Shown here: piece by piece, positions 37,380 through 51,450 of the stretch
How the letters are laid out: each line of letters starts with the position of its first letter
How positions within the stretch are numbered: position 1 is the stretch's first letter
NCBI GenBank assembly: GCA_028534125.1
Contig: CM052816.1
Coordinates: 72,108,001-72,172,000 of the forward strand
Source of the DNA: Lama glama
Taxonomy: Eukaryota
DNA: 64,000 nt
Direction of reading: 5' to 3'
Translations under genes and position numbers: made by a program
Notes under the pieces: model-generated
Database searches by the model: none
What the model saw: only the letters and a program-made list of their open reading frames with translations
Told to the model about the DNA's origin: nothing

Positions 37380-40300
37380 GCTTCTGCCCTCCGGGGCACA
37401 AGAACAGAAATGATCCAGAGTCCAAGCACTGATCCATGCCTCCTGTACTCGCACGTGTCCCACCTTAACAACCCTGGGTGGTACCGCCCTTCTCGGAGGA
37501 TGCTCAGGAGCCAGCAAGTCTACGTGAGGCCAGCGTGCACAGAGCTCATTGTGGGTTTTCCTGCACTGTGCAAGAGAACTGTCTCAACCACCGCTGTGCC
37601 CAAGCCAGCTTTGTTAAAAGGAGCTTTGTTCTCACGGGATTTTTTTTAATTGAGACATCATTGGCAATATACAATATGCTTTATCGTGGTGAGTGACATT
37701 AATCGATGTGGTTAAATGAGGGAAAAAAAAAAAAAACCAGCCTCCTCTCTCAGATTCTGAAATCAAATCTGAGGTACTCCTATCAGTAAAAACATCTCTA
37801 TAAAATGGGAACAGAAATAAAGCTCAGAAGGCAACTAATGAAACAGTTTACACATTCTTCTTTCAATCAATATACTTTTACTGAACACCTTTTATGAACC
37901 AAGCACTTAATTAGGTCATTTAATAAAACACCCTAAATTCACTGTTACCGTGCAGTTGAGACTTCCAAGTTTAAAAACATTCCAAAGTCACAGCCTAAGG
38001 GAAAAAGTGAAACTTCAAAGTTTCAAACTCAGATCTGTCACACAGCTAAGTAAAAGAATTTTTCAAAAAAAAGGTTGAGAGGGGGACAATTGGAATCAAC
38101 AAGGCATAGCTGTGGAATAAGCACATGTAAAGCAACCAAATCCTCGGCCTTCTGACAGTGGCGTGGAAATACCGCAGGAGGAGCTGGCACAGCCATGAAC
38201 AGCCTAGGCTCTCAGGGCGGCTTCTACAGTCACGATTTGAAGGAAATCTCACGTGTAGGCACAGAATTGGGAAAACTAAGCAGCTCTGCTTGCACCCTGC
38301 TAAGGCCAACACTAGCACTGCCATACTGCAGTACAAACACCAACAGAAAAGGACGTACGGATTATATTTTAGAACGACTGGCAGAAGACCTAACAGATCC
38401 ACCTCTATGGCAACGTAACTTGACTGTAAACACTGGTTTCAGCACCAGTGTGGTAAACTGTAGAAACAACTGAAAACGTCTGCCATGGAGAAAACAATTA
38501 GTAAATTGATGCATTACCCTTTAATTTCTGTTATTTTGCCCACTCATTTGGCTTTAGTTAACCAGCCATTATTCGCAGTAAGCTCACGAAGTACTTCTGA
38601 GTTTCACAGACATGCCTGATTGAATGTGTGCTCATGTTAGGGAGCAAGAGTTAGTCAACGCCTTCTCAGATTAACAGTGACGACTCAAATATAAGGTTTT
38701 TATTTGAACCTTTGTGTAAGTATTTTATTAAAAGTGCAAATAGGTAAATGATTCACTAATTGTTTTTCTTACTTTAGACATTAGTCAGCATTCACCTCTA
38801 GCTAATACACACATACACAGATACTATGTAAAATGCTTTATGAAAAACAACTAAATTCATTTAACTGGTATTAAACTACCACACCAACCAAAAAAGTTCA
38901 GACATTTTAACTACAATTATAACAATGAAAATATAAAAGAGTATCGTATATAGCCAAAACTGTATTATATATTGCTTTCATAAAATAATTTTAAAACAAG
39001 TGACATAATTACATTATTTTTCCCTAATAAACTGTAGACAGGTGGGTAGAAGAGGGAAGAATCATCTAACATTTCACAATATATTCATGAGCAATCACTT
39101 CTCTTGGACACAATGGTGATTTCTACGCATCTACACATCAATTTATAAATGTCAATTCAAGTAGCTGCAAATTCATTTCTGAACCAATCAACTTTTGCCT
39201 CTTTAGCAAAGGATAACCAAACTGATTTCTTTCCTTTGCCATGCTGGCACATACACTGTGTCACTTAAAAGGAAACAAAATGACACTTTTGATTAGCTAT
39301 AATTTATTTTAAACGTGTCTACTGAAAAGTAAGCAATTTGCATGCTTAATAAGGTAGGTAAAAGTAAAGAATCAATTTTCACACATACAGCATAATTTCA
39401 CCAAGCTATATATTTGTTCATTCCAAAAGCAGAAAGGAAAGTCATGTAATCTGAATAGACAATCAGATTTTTAAGAATTTCTACAGTTGGTCCTGAAGAA
39501 TATTTATAAGCACATCACTGCACAGATGGATGTGGACTCAAAGATAGTGATTTCTCCTGGAGGATTTCAAATCCTCCACTTAAACTTTAAAACAAAACTG
39601 AATTTCTCATAATTTTAGAAAAATTTCGATGCTTCTAAGACTTAACACTTCGAGAATTTTTTAAAATATCCTTCCCCTCTTCCTAAAAGAAGGTTTCAGT
39701 TCTGTTTTGTTTTTTGTTTTATCTAATAAGGAACAGAAATAAACCTCTTTGGGGAAACCTGAAATATTCCTCACTGATGTGTGTTTTTTTTTAATTTTTC
39801 TGATTCAGTTTTCTCTTTGTTATTTTCCTTCTTCAAGAACTTACCCTTCAGTCCCTCCATTAATACATAAATACAAAAATAAACCTAGTCCCCTCCCATG
39901 AACCCCACCGCCCACAAAAAAATAGAACTAATTCTTACCTCTAGGGTTACAATCACCAAGGGCAAAGGTACAACCTGCCATGAGTAAATCATAAATTCAG
40001 TGGAGCACACTGCCTCAGAAACTTAAAGAGCTTCCAGACTATTTATGTTACAGGTATGAAGAAATGAGAAAGAGAGATTAAGGGATTTATTTGATACCAT
40101 ACAGCAAGAAAGTGATAGAATTAGCCCCAGAATCTAGTTTTCAAGCAAATCCAAACCACCTAAATGAAATAAAATGTGTATCAGCCAAAAGCAACAATTT
40201 CTTTCAGAAAAGACAGGCTCCCTGGCCTTTGATATCCAAATACTTGATCATATTATCATCATCATCACCAAAGACTTAGGAGGGCAAACTGTTTGATCTA

Positions 40301-41109
40301 GGAACTGAGAAAGAACCATCTATTCTTAGTAGAAAATGTACTGAATTAATAAACACTTGGGCAAGAGTGCAAGAAGGAGAAATTTAATGTCTCTCCATTG
40401 CTTCCTAAGACAAGAAAGACAGGACTTTACTCCAGGACTCTGAAGTGAGTGTTTTTAAAACAAATCTAACTCTAAAGCAAGCATCTGAGAACCAAATGAT
40501 AAAAGTTTAAAATTGTATATCTATATCTATATCTCATCCATTAAAGGCATCTGAAAGTTGATTCTCAAGGTAAAGGAATTTTTATTTTACTACAATTATT
40601 TGCATGTAAAGGAAAAGCAATGACCATATTAAAGAGGCTAAAATCCCCATTAGCATTCAGCAAGTAGAAAAGCTGAGCATGAATTAATAACTTATCTCTA
40701 ATCAGTAAATTATTTCAAATGGCTTCTGATAGCTGCTGACAGTTGCCAAGCTGCATTACAGACCATTCCAGTATGCTCGCTATAAAACAGTGCAATTACC
40801 AATGTTAATTATCTACTGTGGAAATATTCATGATTCAGATTTAGAGTGAACTGAAATGCCTTTTTGAGGCTGGACTGTCCCAAACATCCCTACTATCCAA
40901 CTCCCATCACTTTGCAGGGTTAAGAAAGATCTGGGATAACATGAGATGCATAGAATCTTTATTTTAAGCACATAAAACATCCATGCCTGAAAATTTTGGC
41001 AAGTTGTTTCTGGCAGAGATAATGTTTTATCTCCACTAAATCCTATTTCCTGCAGAACACACAGGTTCTAAGAGGGCTGAGAAGCATATACTTTTTGGTA
41101 ACAATTTTC

Positions 41110-41490
41110 ACATGAGTCTTCACAGTATAATACTTCAGATGTTGACTTCTCATCCATATCACAGTATGTGGAGAAGACGGGTAATTTGGGTGATTCGGCT
41201 CCACACAGTCATTCGGGGCCCCAGGCTACTGTCTGTCGTGTCCAACCATCTGCTAAGGCATCACTCTCCTCTGCATTCAACTACATGTGCAGGAAACAGA
41301 ACATGCAAATCATGGGGAAGAGTTTCATGGGCAAAGCCTTGAAATGACATATACATCATTTTCATCCACACTCCGTTCCCTGGCACTAAAGGGCATGGTC
41401 TTGTCTAACTGCCAGGGAGGCTGGAAAATGTAGTCCAGCTGTGTGCTTAAGAAGAAGGGGAGTTGGTGAACACACAGACGTTTGTACCAC
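41110..41490 (-). mobile_element. MLT1 (ERVL-MaLR) LTR, older K/L-like subfamily
   Basis: ctccacacagtcattcggggccccaggct...ctaactgccagggaggctggaaaatgtagtccagctgtgtgc...ttggtgaacac...taccaca. Confidence 0.85.
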
Positions 41491-42827
41491 AGCATCTTTT
41501 AACATCATTAATACATTTGGCTTATTGTAAAATTTAATAACTTTGAAACTCTTCCGTTAACTATAGAACTTTGGTTTTCCAGCGCCCATTGTTAGAAATT
41601 AAAGGCAGAGAAGAAAAGAGGTAACTTTAAAATACATTTCAGTAATTCTAAAAACTTTCACAAAAAACAACTGTTTAGTCAGCTGTCCCTGGTCCTTCAA
41701 ATGTTACACTGAAACACTCACTAGGAAAACTGTAACATATTTTAATTGGACACACTGAAAAAGGAAACAGCTTGGACATGAAAAATAAAAATCTGATTCA
41801 TCTATTCAGTCATGTTCTTTAATACTATTACAAAGCTACCACATTTTTAGAACATGATAAAGATACACAGAAAACATAAAATACATAAAAAAGAAAAGAT
41901 TATAGAAACTATCTGAAAAAAGGAAAACTCAGAATACAGCTCTAGTAGTCTCTTTAAATCATTACACATTGTAAACAAAGGCATGATTTCTTAACAACCA
42001 ATAAGAACTTTTTGTTTTTCACTAAGGAGAAAACATTTCTATGAACTCACTCACACTTTCATGCTAAAGAAGACACTATTGTGTTCAAAAAACATCTAAA
42101 AGTTACAGGAAAAGACAGGTTCAGCCACACAATATTACCGAACTCACTCCCATATGAGTACCGACCATTTCAGTGATACTCCACCCACTGAACTCATCAG
42201 CCACAGTCAATGGAAGGCACAGAAATTCAATAGGACTGGTTATTTAAGAATTCGCAAGTACCTGACTTTTAGAATTGACTTTTGGGAAATAAGAGGAGAG
42301 ATTCAGTGAACTAAATAGCCTCTCTCAAGAATGTCAGTTCTGTACTCTTGAGATAAATTGCTGAATGCGTGGACTACAACACAGGCCAAAAGTAGCTTAA
42401 TGCTTCTTAATCAACTGGCCAATTTTCATAGTCTAATAAATCATCTATCAGGGTATGACTGCATTACAAAAGCCAATGCTACCTCTTGAAAACAAACTAG
42501 CAAACTAACTTAGAAGCGCCTGCACCTACTGGATTTTAAATGGTATGCTTTCTGAAACAGAGGCAATACTCACTGCTGCAATACTCCGAACAAAACTGTA
42601 CTGAGACAGACCTCCCACAGGAACAGGGAGACAGCTATCGGAAAGTTACGCACACACGGATAATAAAAGACTGAAAGGGTTTCATCCCAACTCAAAAACA
42701 TTTCATACATAACCCCTGTGGAAGGGAAAATAAAAACATTTTTACCTCATGTCAATCATTTTAATTAGATCAGATTTTCCACACAAGTAGCAGAGATCAC
42801 AGGAGAGGCAATATTAGAGCACGGAAA

Positions 42828-43000
42828 CAGGGCTGCCATGTACAGCTGCACAAATTGTGCACTGCACAAGGGCTCCAGGCTGAGAGCTCCTAGGAGAACA
42901 CTGCACTCTACTCAGTAAGACTTGTACCCTAGCACAACTTGGCTGGGAGGAAGGGATGCCATTGTCTCATTCTCAAAGACTCACGTTAAACAGCTCTGGT
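42828..43000. mobile_element. MER91-like hAT-Tip100 fragment
   Basis: cagggctgccatgtacagctgcacaaattgtgcactgcacaaggg. Confidence 0.65.
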
Positions 43001-43204
43001 AAGTGAAGGAAAGAAGAAAAGTGATCAAGAGTATGATATATTTCAAGGAAGTACAGATCTCTGTGGGGTCAGGGGTTGGATGGAATGACAGAGCTTCTTG
43101 ACCCCAATATTTATTCATGCCTTTTTCTATGGAAACCAGAGTTTAGCTTGGAATATGGCTGCCCCAAATAAAGCCTATATTCCCCAGTCTCCCCTGCACC
43201 CAGG

Positions 43205-44145
43205 AATTATGATAAATCCAGTAGTCACTTCTTTCTCCCTATCAGAGCTGACTCTCATTAGCACTGGACAGTTAATCACGTTCTCTTTCTTGCAACACTT
43301 CCTTTTCTTAGTTTCCATGACACCATCCTTTCTCTTAGCAACTTGTCTATTGTCCCTCCTTAGTTTCAACTGCTGAACCCATCTTCTCACTTGACCTCCT
43401 AAATTATGGAATATTCCAGGGCTCAGTCCTACAACCCCTTCTTTCTCCTCTATCTGCATAGATGTCACACCGTCTATACCTGGATCTTAAATATCACCTC
43501 CACTGAAATATCAGTCAACTCTAAATTCATCCTTCCTACCTTGACCTCACACTTCAAACTCGAAACTAGAAATCTAACTTCCCATTTGACTTAACTGTTG
43601 ATTCCTTACCCGACCCACATATCTGTTCTTCCCCAGACTTCTCTACCTTTACCATGTAAACAACTGCTCAAGCCAAAAACTATGAAATCATGACTAATTC
43701 CTTTGCTTCTCTCACCCACCCCCACACATCTGCCTGTTGCATCATGTCTCACTGACACCTGTCCACGGCTCTGCATCTCCTCTTGTTCAATCCCAAGGCA
43801 AGCCACCACCATCCTTCCCCTAAACTACTTTAATGCCTCCACCCAGTCTTCCAACTCCCTCTTTGTTTCTCCAAATAATCCACTATATGCAGAGAAGCCA
43901 GAGTGATCTATTTATATACTATATAATTTATTTACGTATTTACAAATTATGTAATTTTCCTGTTTAAAATCCTCCAATAGCCTCTCTTGTAGTTAAAATA
44001 AAACTCAAATTTCTTAAAATGCCCTACATGCTCTTCCCTTGCCTGCTCTGCCTTGTTCACCGTTGTTAACACAGCACCAAGAGCAGTGGCTGATACACAG
44101 TAGGTCTGCAATTGCTATTTGTTGCATGAATTAATGAATGGAATA
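43205..44145 (+). mobile_element. L2 LINE RT/3' fragment
   Basis: ttctcttcttgcaacacttcc...ccagggctcagtcct...caagccaccaccatc...tttaaaatcctccaatag...gtggctgatacacagtagg...tgcatgaattaatgaatg. Confidence 0.88.
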
Positions 44146-45994
44146 AATATAAAAAACATAGTAAACTTACAGTACTTTTAGTCAAACATTCAAACACAAT
44201 TTACATTCACTAGTAGTGAGAAAAATTTACCAAATTCCTCTAATCTAAGGAATTAATGTTATCCAGGCATTAAGCTCATTTAACCGTCAAACTCTTTGAT
44301 GAGCAAGTAAAAAAATGTGATATTCACTGTACTGACACAACTATTAAATCTGAACTATCCTGTATCATATAATTATTGTCTCATTTGGAAAGCTCTGTGC
44401 CACAACATCAAGTCATCTTCTTTTATAATTTAACAGAATTTTAATGTAAGAGATAACAGCTTCTTCCTTTTGTCACAGAAGGCTCCAAGTTAGCAATTCT
44501 CAGCCTCCATGTGGAAACACAGGAGTCTGAACAGGATCATTCTGAAGCGCAGCAAACTTTTGGAAAGAATTACTCATTTCGATTAAAGCATAATAAATTT
44601 GAGATTCTTGCTACAACGTCAGATTCATCCATTCAGATGCACACTTGCAAGTGAGCGTTCAGGAGGAATGGGATCACACTTAGAAAGCTGGGAACTGAAA
44701 AACTGAAAATAAAGATCTAATACCGTGTTCATCTCTAAAGAACAAATGAAACAGTCTGAATTATTCTTTTAAATTACATGAGAATGAGAAAGCAGCTCTG
44801 TACATGTGTGTTCTATAAAGCTCTAATAGTCAACAATTTCCAATTATACACAGACAAAAGAATTTGCTAATATAAGCTATAAGGTAAATGGACCTTGTAG
44901 TATAATTTAAACGCTAGCTTTTTAAAAACAACTATTTTAATTTATAGTTATCTATTCCCCCTGTTACTACTGCCCCTGATGTGGTGGTTCTGAATAATTG
45001 TTTTAAAATAAACAGTTTAAAATTTAAATATATTGTTTTTTCCTTATTAACTGACCAATTGTAATCTCTATTTGCAGTATTCCATTTTTCTAAAAGGTCT
45101 TTATGAATGCTGGGACACTCTGACCCACACACAAACCCAAGAAAGTATGCCCTGCGATTCCCTTTCCTCCCCCAGTGTGGGGAAGGAGTTCATGCAAGCA
45201 TGAGTAAATTCCTAGAAAATTCATAAAAATGTAAGTGAATTCATGGAAATTTGTCCTCAAAGATGAAAGGTACCCATTGTGAATATTTTGGCAGGCTGTG
45301 TAACAGCACTGCCTTCTGCCTACTACTTTGCCATTAAGACTGTACAGAAAGATTACTAACTAAAGACTGCAAAACACGTGGGTGCTTTCCAAAAGACCAC
45401 GTGAGATGCTTTCTCACTGTGATCAGTTGGTTGAATTTATGCCACCGTCTGCAATCTTTCAAAGGTACTGAAGTCAGAGGAGGCGCTGCCATTGGTCAAA
45501 AATTAATATGCTGCTTGGGTTGAGCATGGCTGGCTGACCACTGATTGCTGTTTTCCGATGAATTCTTACTAAAATAAGGATAAAAACAGAGGAAAGGGGG
45601 TATAAATTCACAAGGACAGGAAGCATGTGAGAGCCATCAGTGGAAAAGAGACTGTTAACACTTTCGGAAAAAGAGAAGAGACTGGAAAAGTGTCAGGTGA
45701 TTTAACAGAGTGGAAAGGCCAGCAGTGGGCTACCTGCAAGAATGGATCTCAAGGAGGAGAGAGGCCATTTGCCCCCTTAAGAGCTGAGGGGTTCAGGACG
45801 TGAAGGCAGGGTAAGCTGGGGGGCCGACTGCCAGCAGCGCAGTTGTAGGTCCCGGGTCCCTCCCCGGTGACTGTCCCCTCACAGGCCCAGCAGCCTAGAG
45901 CCCTGCTCACACCTCACAGCCTCCAGCGACCTTGCCAGTTACCTGACCTCCCAGATCTCATCTCCTCATTTGAAGAAGGGGAGTGACGCCCATC

Positions 45995-46129
45995 TGTATT
46001 TGTTCTCGATTGCTCTCTAACAAGCCACTACCAACTCGGCGACTTACAGTTCTGGGGTCACAATTCCAAAATGGGTTTGACTAGGCCAAAATCAAGTTGT
46101 CAACAGGGATCTCTCCCCCCATCCCCCAC

Positions 46130-46163
<34 letters not shown>

Positions 46164-46518
46164 TGAGGCCAGAGAGGGAAATCTGTTTCGGGCATTTCTA
46201 GCTTCTGGAGGCTACCTACTACAGCCCTGGGCTCCTGATGCTTTTTCCCCTCCATCTTCATAGCCAACAGCATAGCATCTTCAAATCCCTTGACTATGAC
46301 CCTTTGCTGCCTTCATTACCTCTCCTGCTCAGCCTCTCCTGACTCTTGTCAGGATCCTTGTAATTACGCAGGGCTCACTGTGAGATAATCCAGGAGAATC
46401 TCCCCATCTCAAAATCTTAATCACATCTGCAGATTCCTTTACGTCACGAAAAGGAACACAGTCACAGGTTCTGGGATTAGAATGTGGACATTGTGGTGCC
46501 ATTACTCTGTCTACCACA
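45995..46518 (-). mobile_element. MLT1C/D-like solo LTR (ERVL-MaLR) inserted in a MIR
   Basis: Ends are TG...CA. Minus strand begins tgtggtagacagagtaatggc...atgtccacattctaatcccagaacctgtga...ctgcagatgtgattaagattttgagatggggaga. Confidence 0.92.
46131..46158 (+). repeat. (AC)n microsatellite
   Basis: About 14 AC units inside the MLT1 LTR. Confidence 0.95.
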
Positions 46519-46564
46519 TTACCTTGTCAGACTTTTAAAAAGATTATGTGATATTATCCAAGTA

Positions 46565-46720
46565 ATAACAATAGTGGCTAATGTTTACTGAGCACACGCC
46601 ATATGCCAAGCGCTCTTCTAAATCCCTTAGAGATTTAAAACCTCACTGAAACCTCACAACAGCCCTATGACATGTAGACTATTATCAACTCCATTTTACA
46701 GATGAGGAAAATACAGCACA
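46565..46720 (-). mobile_element. MIR SINE
   Basis: ggctaatgtttactgagcac...aacctcacaacagccctatga...ccattttacagatgaggaaa. Confidence 0.9.
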
Positions 46721-46949
46721 ATTATTACACCTGAAATTAAAAATCCCATCCCCACCCTGGTAAACACTGAGTAAATTCTAGCTGTTATTATCACGGTATC
46801 TCTGCATTGAGTTTATTATATAAATTTCATGCCATGAACATAAAAACATGATAAAGATCAAGCCCAATATTAGCACTAGAACTTAAAAAAAGTATTTTAT
46901 GTGCCTCCCACTTTCCTATTTTAAATATTCCTTATACCGAAGAATCTTT

Positions 46950-47165
46950 CTTCTTCTCCTCCCTGCCAGAACTATATTTGGTTCCCATCCTATATGCTCC
47001 CAAAGCTTCCTGCATTTGTCTGTGCCATCACTTACAACATCAGAATACACTATACTGTCTGCCTCTTTACCTTCCCCTGACCTGTGTCATGAGGACAGGG
47101 ACTCTTCCATATTCAGGGTGGTCTGTAGAGCCTGGTCCCCAGTGCTTACTGAATGAACGAATGCG
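46950..47165 (+). mobile_element. L2 3' end fragment
   Basis: tgaggacagggactct...cagtgcttactgaatgaacgaatg. Confidence 0.65.
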
Positions 47166-49058
47166 GAAATACATAAACTGCAGTAACTTAAATGCCCGGT
47201 AGACTGTTTTACTAAGAATCTTTAACAATCACTACCATATTGTACATCTCTTAGGATAAAACATCTGCTTATATTAAGATAAAATAAATATGAAGCTGAA
47301 TAGGTTGCAAAGTGTTCCTGTCTATTTTGTTTCTGCAATCAACAATACAGTGATGAAAGCACGAAAAACATGAACATTCTGTGGCTTTATAGGTGTTTCA
47401 CAAAACAGCATATATTCACTGTGGAGAAACAGAAAACCTTTTCCAGAAGCTTTTTTTTTTTTAACAAAACGCCAAATATCTATTTCTAAATATACAGCTC
47501 TGGGATAAGTCTACAAAATGGTACTCAATAACCAAAGGTTAAGATACAGTTTGCTCTTATTATTTTGGACATAAGATAATTTAGTTTCTGCTATTCTATT
47601 CTGTAATCTATTTAACCCATCTTACTATACACTATTAAGTGAAGATTAATAAAACTTTAAATTGATGAAGAAAATCATATTGTACCATAAATATTTGTCA
47701 GAGATGGAAGAAGGAATGAGATCCTTCAGGAAGCAGGTAAATCAGTTTTGCAGAAAAATCCTTTAGATTGTTGTTTCTCTGAAAGCTTATCATTATTGCA
47801 GTAATGCTAGACAGACAACCTGGCCTGTCATTAAAAACAAACAGAGGGTTAACAGGTGTATTAATAATCACCATGGAAAATGGAAATAAAAGATAAAGCA
47901 GTAATGTGTTTCACCGATGGTATTTTTGCCTCAAACGGAATTGACTTTACAAATAAGACCTTGATTAAATAAGAAAAGCACAGAAAGATATGTTGGAGTA
48001 CTGGGGGTGGGGTGGGAGGAGAGGTACTCTCTGATTATTTAATTCAGCAACTCAACAATGTCACCAAGGACGCAAGCTTCTCCCGTTTCTCCTTTCGGTC
48101 TGTGTACACCCTTTCACCTTTGGGTTAACTTCCCGAGGGGCTGCTGTAGCACCAAGACCATGTCCGGACACGAGAATGTCTAAAGCGGAAGAGGCTTCCG
48201 GTGTTTCCTTCCTCAGGGCGACTCCCACGGGAGACAGTCCCAGGAGCCTCAGAGCAGGGAACTGCTCCCATCCATCCGAGAGGCCAGCTCTGAACCAGTC
48301 AGGGTGGGGAGGTGGGCAAGAGGGGCCCGGCGCTTGACTGGACGAAACTAACTCCCTTTTACCCTTGATGGGAGAGATCGTCACTCGTTTCTACTCGGGG
48401 ATGTCCTGAACAAAGCTGGCTTTCTCTTTGCATGCAAAAAGGTAGGAACTGACGTCTGATAGACAGTGTTTGAGACACGGGAAACTAATGGTGTCAGAAG
48501 AGTTAGCTCTACAACAGGCCAAATTCTCAAGCTCTGAGGAGGCAGGATGAGGAAGGTAGGTTGTGTTTAGTGGAGGAGGAGTCAAGATGCCATTTTACAG
48601 GTGACCAGTTAACAAGAAACCATTAACTTCCTAAAAAATAGTTAAATATACTAATACGTGCTGAGGCTAGGAAAGCATACAAATTCATATGTTTTAGTGC
48701 ACACACATACACATGTGTATGTATGCACACTCATCTTCCATACCTGCTCAGTCTATCACTTAAAATGAAGATCAAATCAAGATATTCAGACATGCCTATG
48801 TTGCACGTGAACACATGATACACAGAGAGACAGGGATAGGGACAGAGATAGACACATGGAGGCTAGGTTAAGTCATTCAAATAAGAACCTCTTAGATATA
48901 ATAATTTTTTATCAAATATGTAGGTTGCAGACATGGAAAAAATCACGTTCTTTTTCAAATGTCAATAGCAGAGCTACATTGTTAAATCTGTTACATTTAA
49001 ATAATGACACTTCGAGAAAGGAGAATGAAATTCAAGAGAATTCACGCCATGATGGAAT

Positions 49059-49081
49059 ACACACACACACACACACACACA
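49059..49081 (+). repeat. (AC)n microsatellite
   Basis: About 11 AC units. Confidence 0.95.
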
Positions 49082-50019
49082 AACTGTTCCTTATCTTTCT
49101 TTTAAACGGTTCCTACCAGAACAAAGGAGTGGTACCGACGTGAGAATTAGCAGGATGCAGTGAGACGGGGTACCACTGGGTGTTGAACCCATTCTAATCT
49201 CTGACTCTTCTAAATAGAGATTTCCTTTTTCAAAGGATATGGCTAAGAAGCATGTGAGTACTTCCTCTGTTACTACTGCCGACACAGTTCTAAGGCAACA
49301 GCAACCACTGTCTCATAAATCATCCCAAAATAGTGATAAAAATCAGTAAAAGAGAGAATCTAAGCAAAGATCCATGAAATTACCAAAAAAATTTCAATTT
49401 ATGCTTCAGGTTGAGCCAGACATACAAAGAGTCTCCCTTTGGTAACACTAGAAGAAACATGAATATAAGTAATGAGCTGACGAAAAGTGCTCATTTTATC
49501 ACCTTTAGATACCTGGAAAAGGACTATTTCGGGAGTAATGGTGTAATAAAATAAAAACATAATAATTAACACCAGAAAATTATTAATGTGAATTTCCCCT
49601 CATTGTCATTTTTTCTGGCCAAAATCAACAAAAAATTTCTATTAAAGTGTCATTAAGCTCAGTTCACAAATACCTTTGTTATTTATTCTCTGTCTTTCTC
49701 CTGTCCCCCTTCCTCCTGCATACACTCATACACACACCCTTATAAATCCATGCACCCCTCTTTAACTCTTTGTCTACATCACTTTCTCAGTCTCTTGATC
49801 TTTCTGTCTTTTATTTTCCCCTTTCTTTCATATTTTGCAACAGTAGCAGGTTTTAATGACACCATATATTTTTTGTGGGAGGATGAGTCCTGAAATGAAA
49901 CAGTCCTCTAAACTTTGTGGCTACTGTACTCTAAAGTTTCATTTATTACTGCCTCCTACTATAATGCTTCCATATATTATCATTATATTTTACCCACTGT
50001 CTTACTATTAAACATAAAC

Positions 50020-51450
50020 AGGCAGTGAAAGATCACTAGACATTTGAGAAAAAGCCTCCAACATGAATGTGGGAGACCGAACAGAAGAGGAAACCTGGAG
50101 AAACAGAAACAATGAAGAAAGTAGAAGAAACTTAAGTTGATATAGAGAGATACAGATAACCAGAAGATATTAACCATAAAACAAAACTAAATGTTTTAAG
50201 AAATTACTTTCAAAAGGAAAAAAAAATTAGGAAAAAAATTAAGAGCAAGCCCTGGAAATAAAACATATACTGACAATTAAAACTTCAACAAAAGGATTGG
50301 AAGATAAAATTGAGAAAATCTTGAAAAAGTGAAATAAAGAGATGAAGACATGGAAAATATGAAAATAAAGGTAAGAAACATAGAGGATCATTTTAGGAAG
50401 TTCAACAATAGATTTAACCAAAAAAAAAAAAAAAAGAACTGAAGGAGGTAAAGAAATACTATCAAAGATATATTACAAGAAAATTTCTTAGTAGGACAAG
50501 AGCCTTTATCTCAGAAGGCCTTGCTATGAATGCCAAGTTTAACAGACTTTTTAAAAAAAAGTCTCCTCCAAACCACATCATTGTGAAATTTCAGAACTTC
50601 AAGGATAAAGAAAGTTCTAAAATCAAGCTTCCAGAGAGATACAAAGACAAGTTATATATATAATGGAGTCAGAATCAGCAAAGTAACTGGATTACTCAAT
50701 AGCACTGGATAATAAAGGCTATTCAAGCAGCCTTCAAAATTATAAGGGACAAGGAGTTCTAACCCAGATTTCTATACCTTCCCAATCGGTCACTTAAAAT
50801 GAGGATCAACTCAAAATATTTTAGACATGTCCAGACTCAAAAAACAAAAACAAAAACAAAAACAAAACCTCCAACACAACTCTTCTTTGGCAGCTAAAAG
50901 AGTGTATGTTTCAACAAAAAAAGGAAAGTATGGCATCCAGTAAACAGAGGCTACAAGGGTATGCTGAACGATAACACATGCACATCGGATCTAGAGAGAA
51001 AATGGGTCAGACTCAAGGGGGCAAAACGGACGCACGGAAGGTTGCTAGGATGGGTAAGGAGCAGAGAGAGATGAGCCACTGATGATTTATTTGATGTGCT
51101 TGACCATTTAGGAAAATTATTGAGAGCTGTGGTAAGTATTTTGAAATACTTGAAAAAATTGATATACAGTCAAATAAAAACTACTGAAAAAATTCACAGG
51201 CAATTTTTAACTCTAGGAAAAAATAAAAAGTTGTATATGAAAAATATATATAGTTATAATACAATGGAATAGTCACTGTAAACGTAGTGTTGATTTACTG
51301 ATGCAACCAAAAATTGTGAAGTGGCTATACTGAGAGATTACGGGGGGAAGGAGATATAACAGAGAGAAATACTAATACAACAGGCATTTGACAGAAACTG
51401 TCTAAAATTGACAAGTCAGCAAAAAGCAGTTTAAGCATATTATTGTAAAA
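50020..51450 (+). mobile_element. Old L1ME-like ORF1/5' region remnant
   Basis: aaaggattggaagataaaattgagaaaatc...ccacatcattgtgaaatttcagaac...aagcttccagaga...gccttcaaaattataaggg...cccagatttctatacc; includes (CAAAAA)n at about 50840-50867. Confidence 0.8.

Noticed and set aside
36864..37436. 10-bp inverted repeat tggatcagtg / cactgatcca on either side of the gap
   Set aside because: Too short, asymmetrically placed, with no TSD or transposon context; compatible with chance.
36780..37517. Longest ORFs in the track (189-245 aa)
   Set aside because: Artefacts of translating through the 500-N gap.
39354..39375. Minus strand gattctttacttttacctac encodes FTFTY, like the expected upstream PARP8 exon (DSTFTFTYVGGPR)
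   Set aside because: The flanking residues (FRYS, VGGPR) and suitable splice sites are absent; this is a low-complexity chance match.
45470..45492. CTCF-like ...gaggaggcgctg
   Set aside because: Only the 3' half matches; the CCASYAG 5' core is missing.
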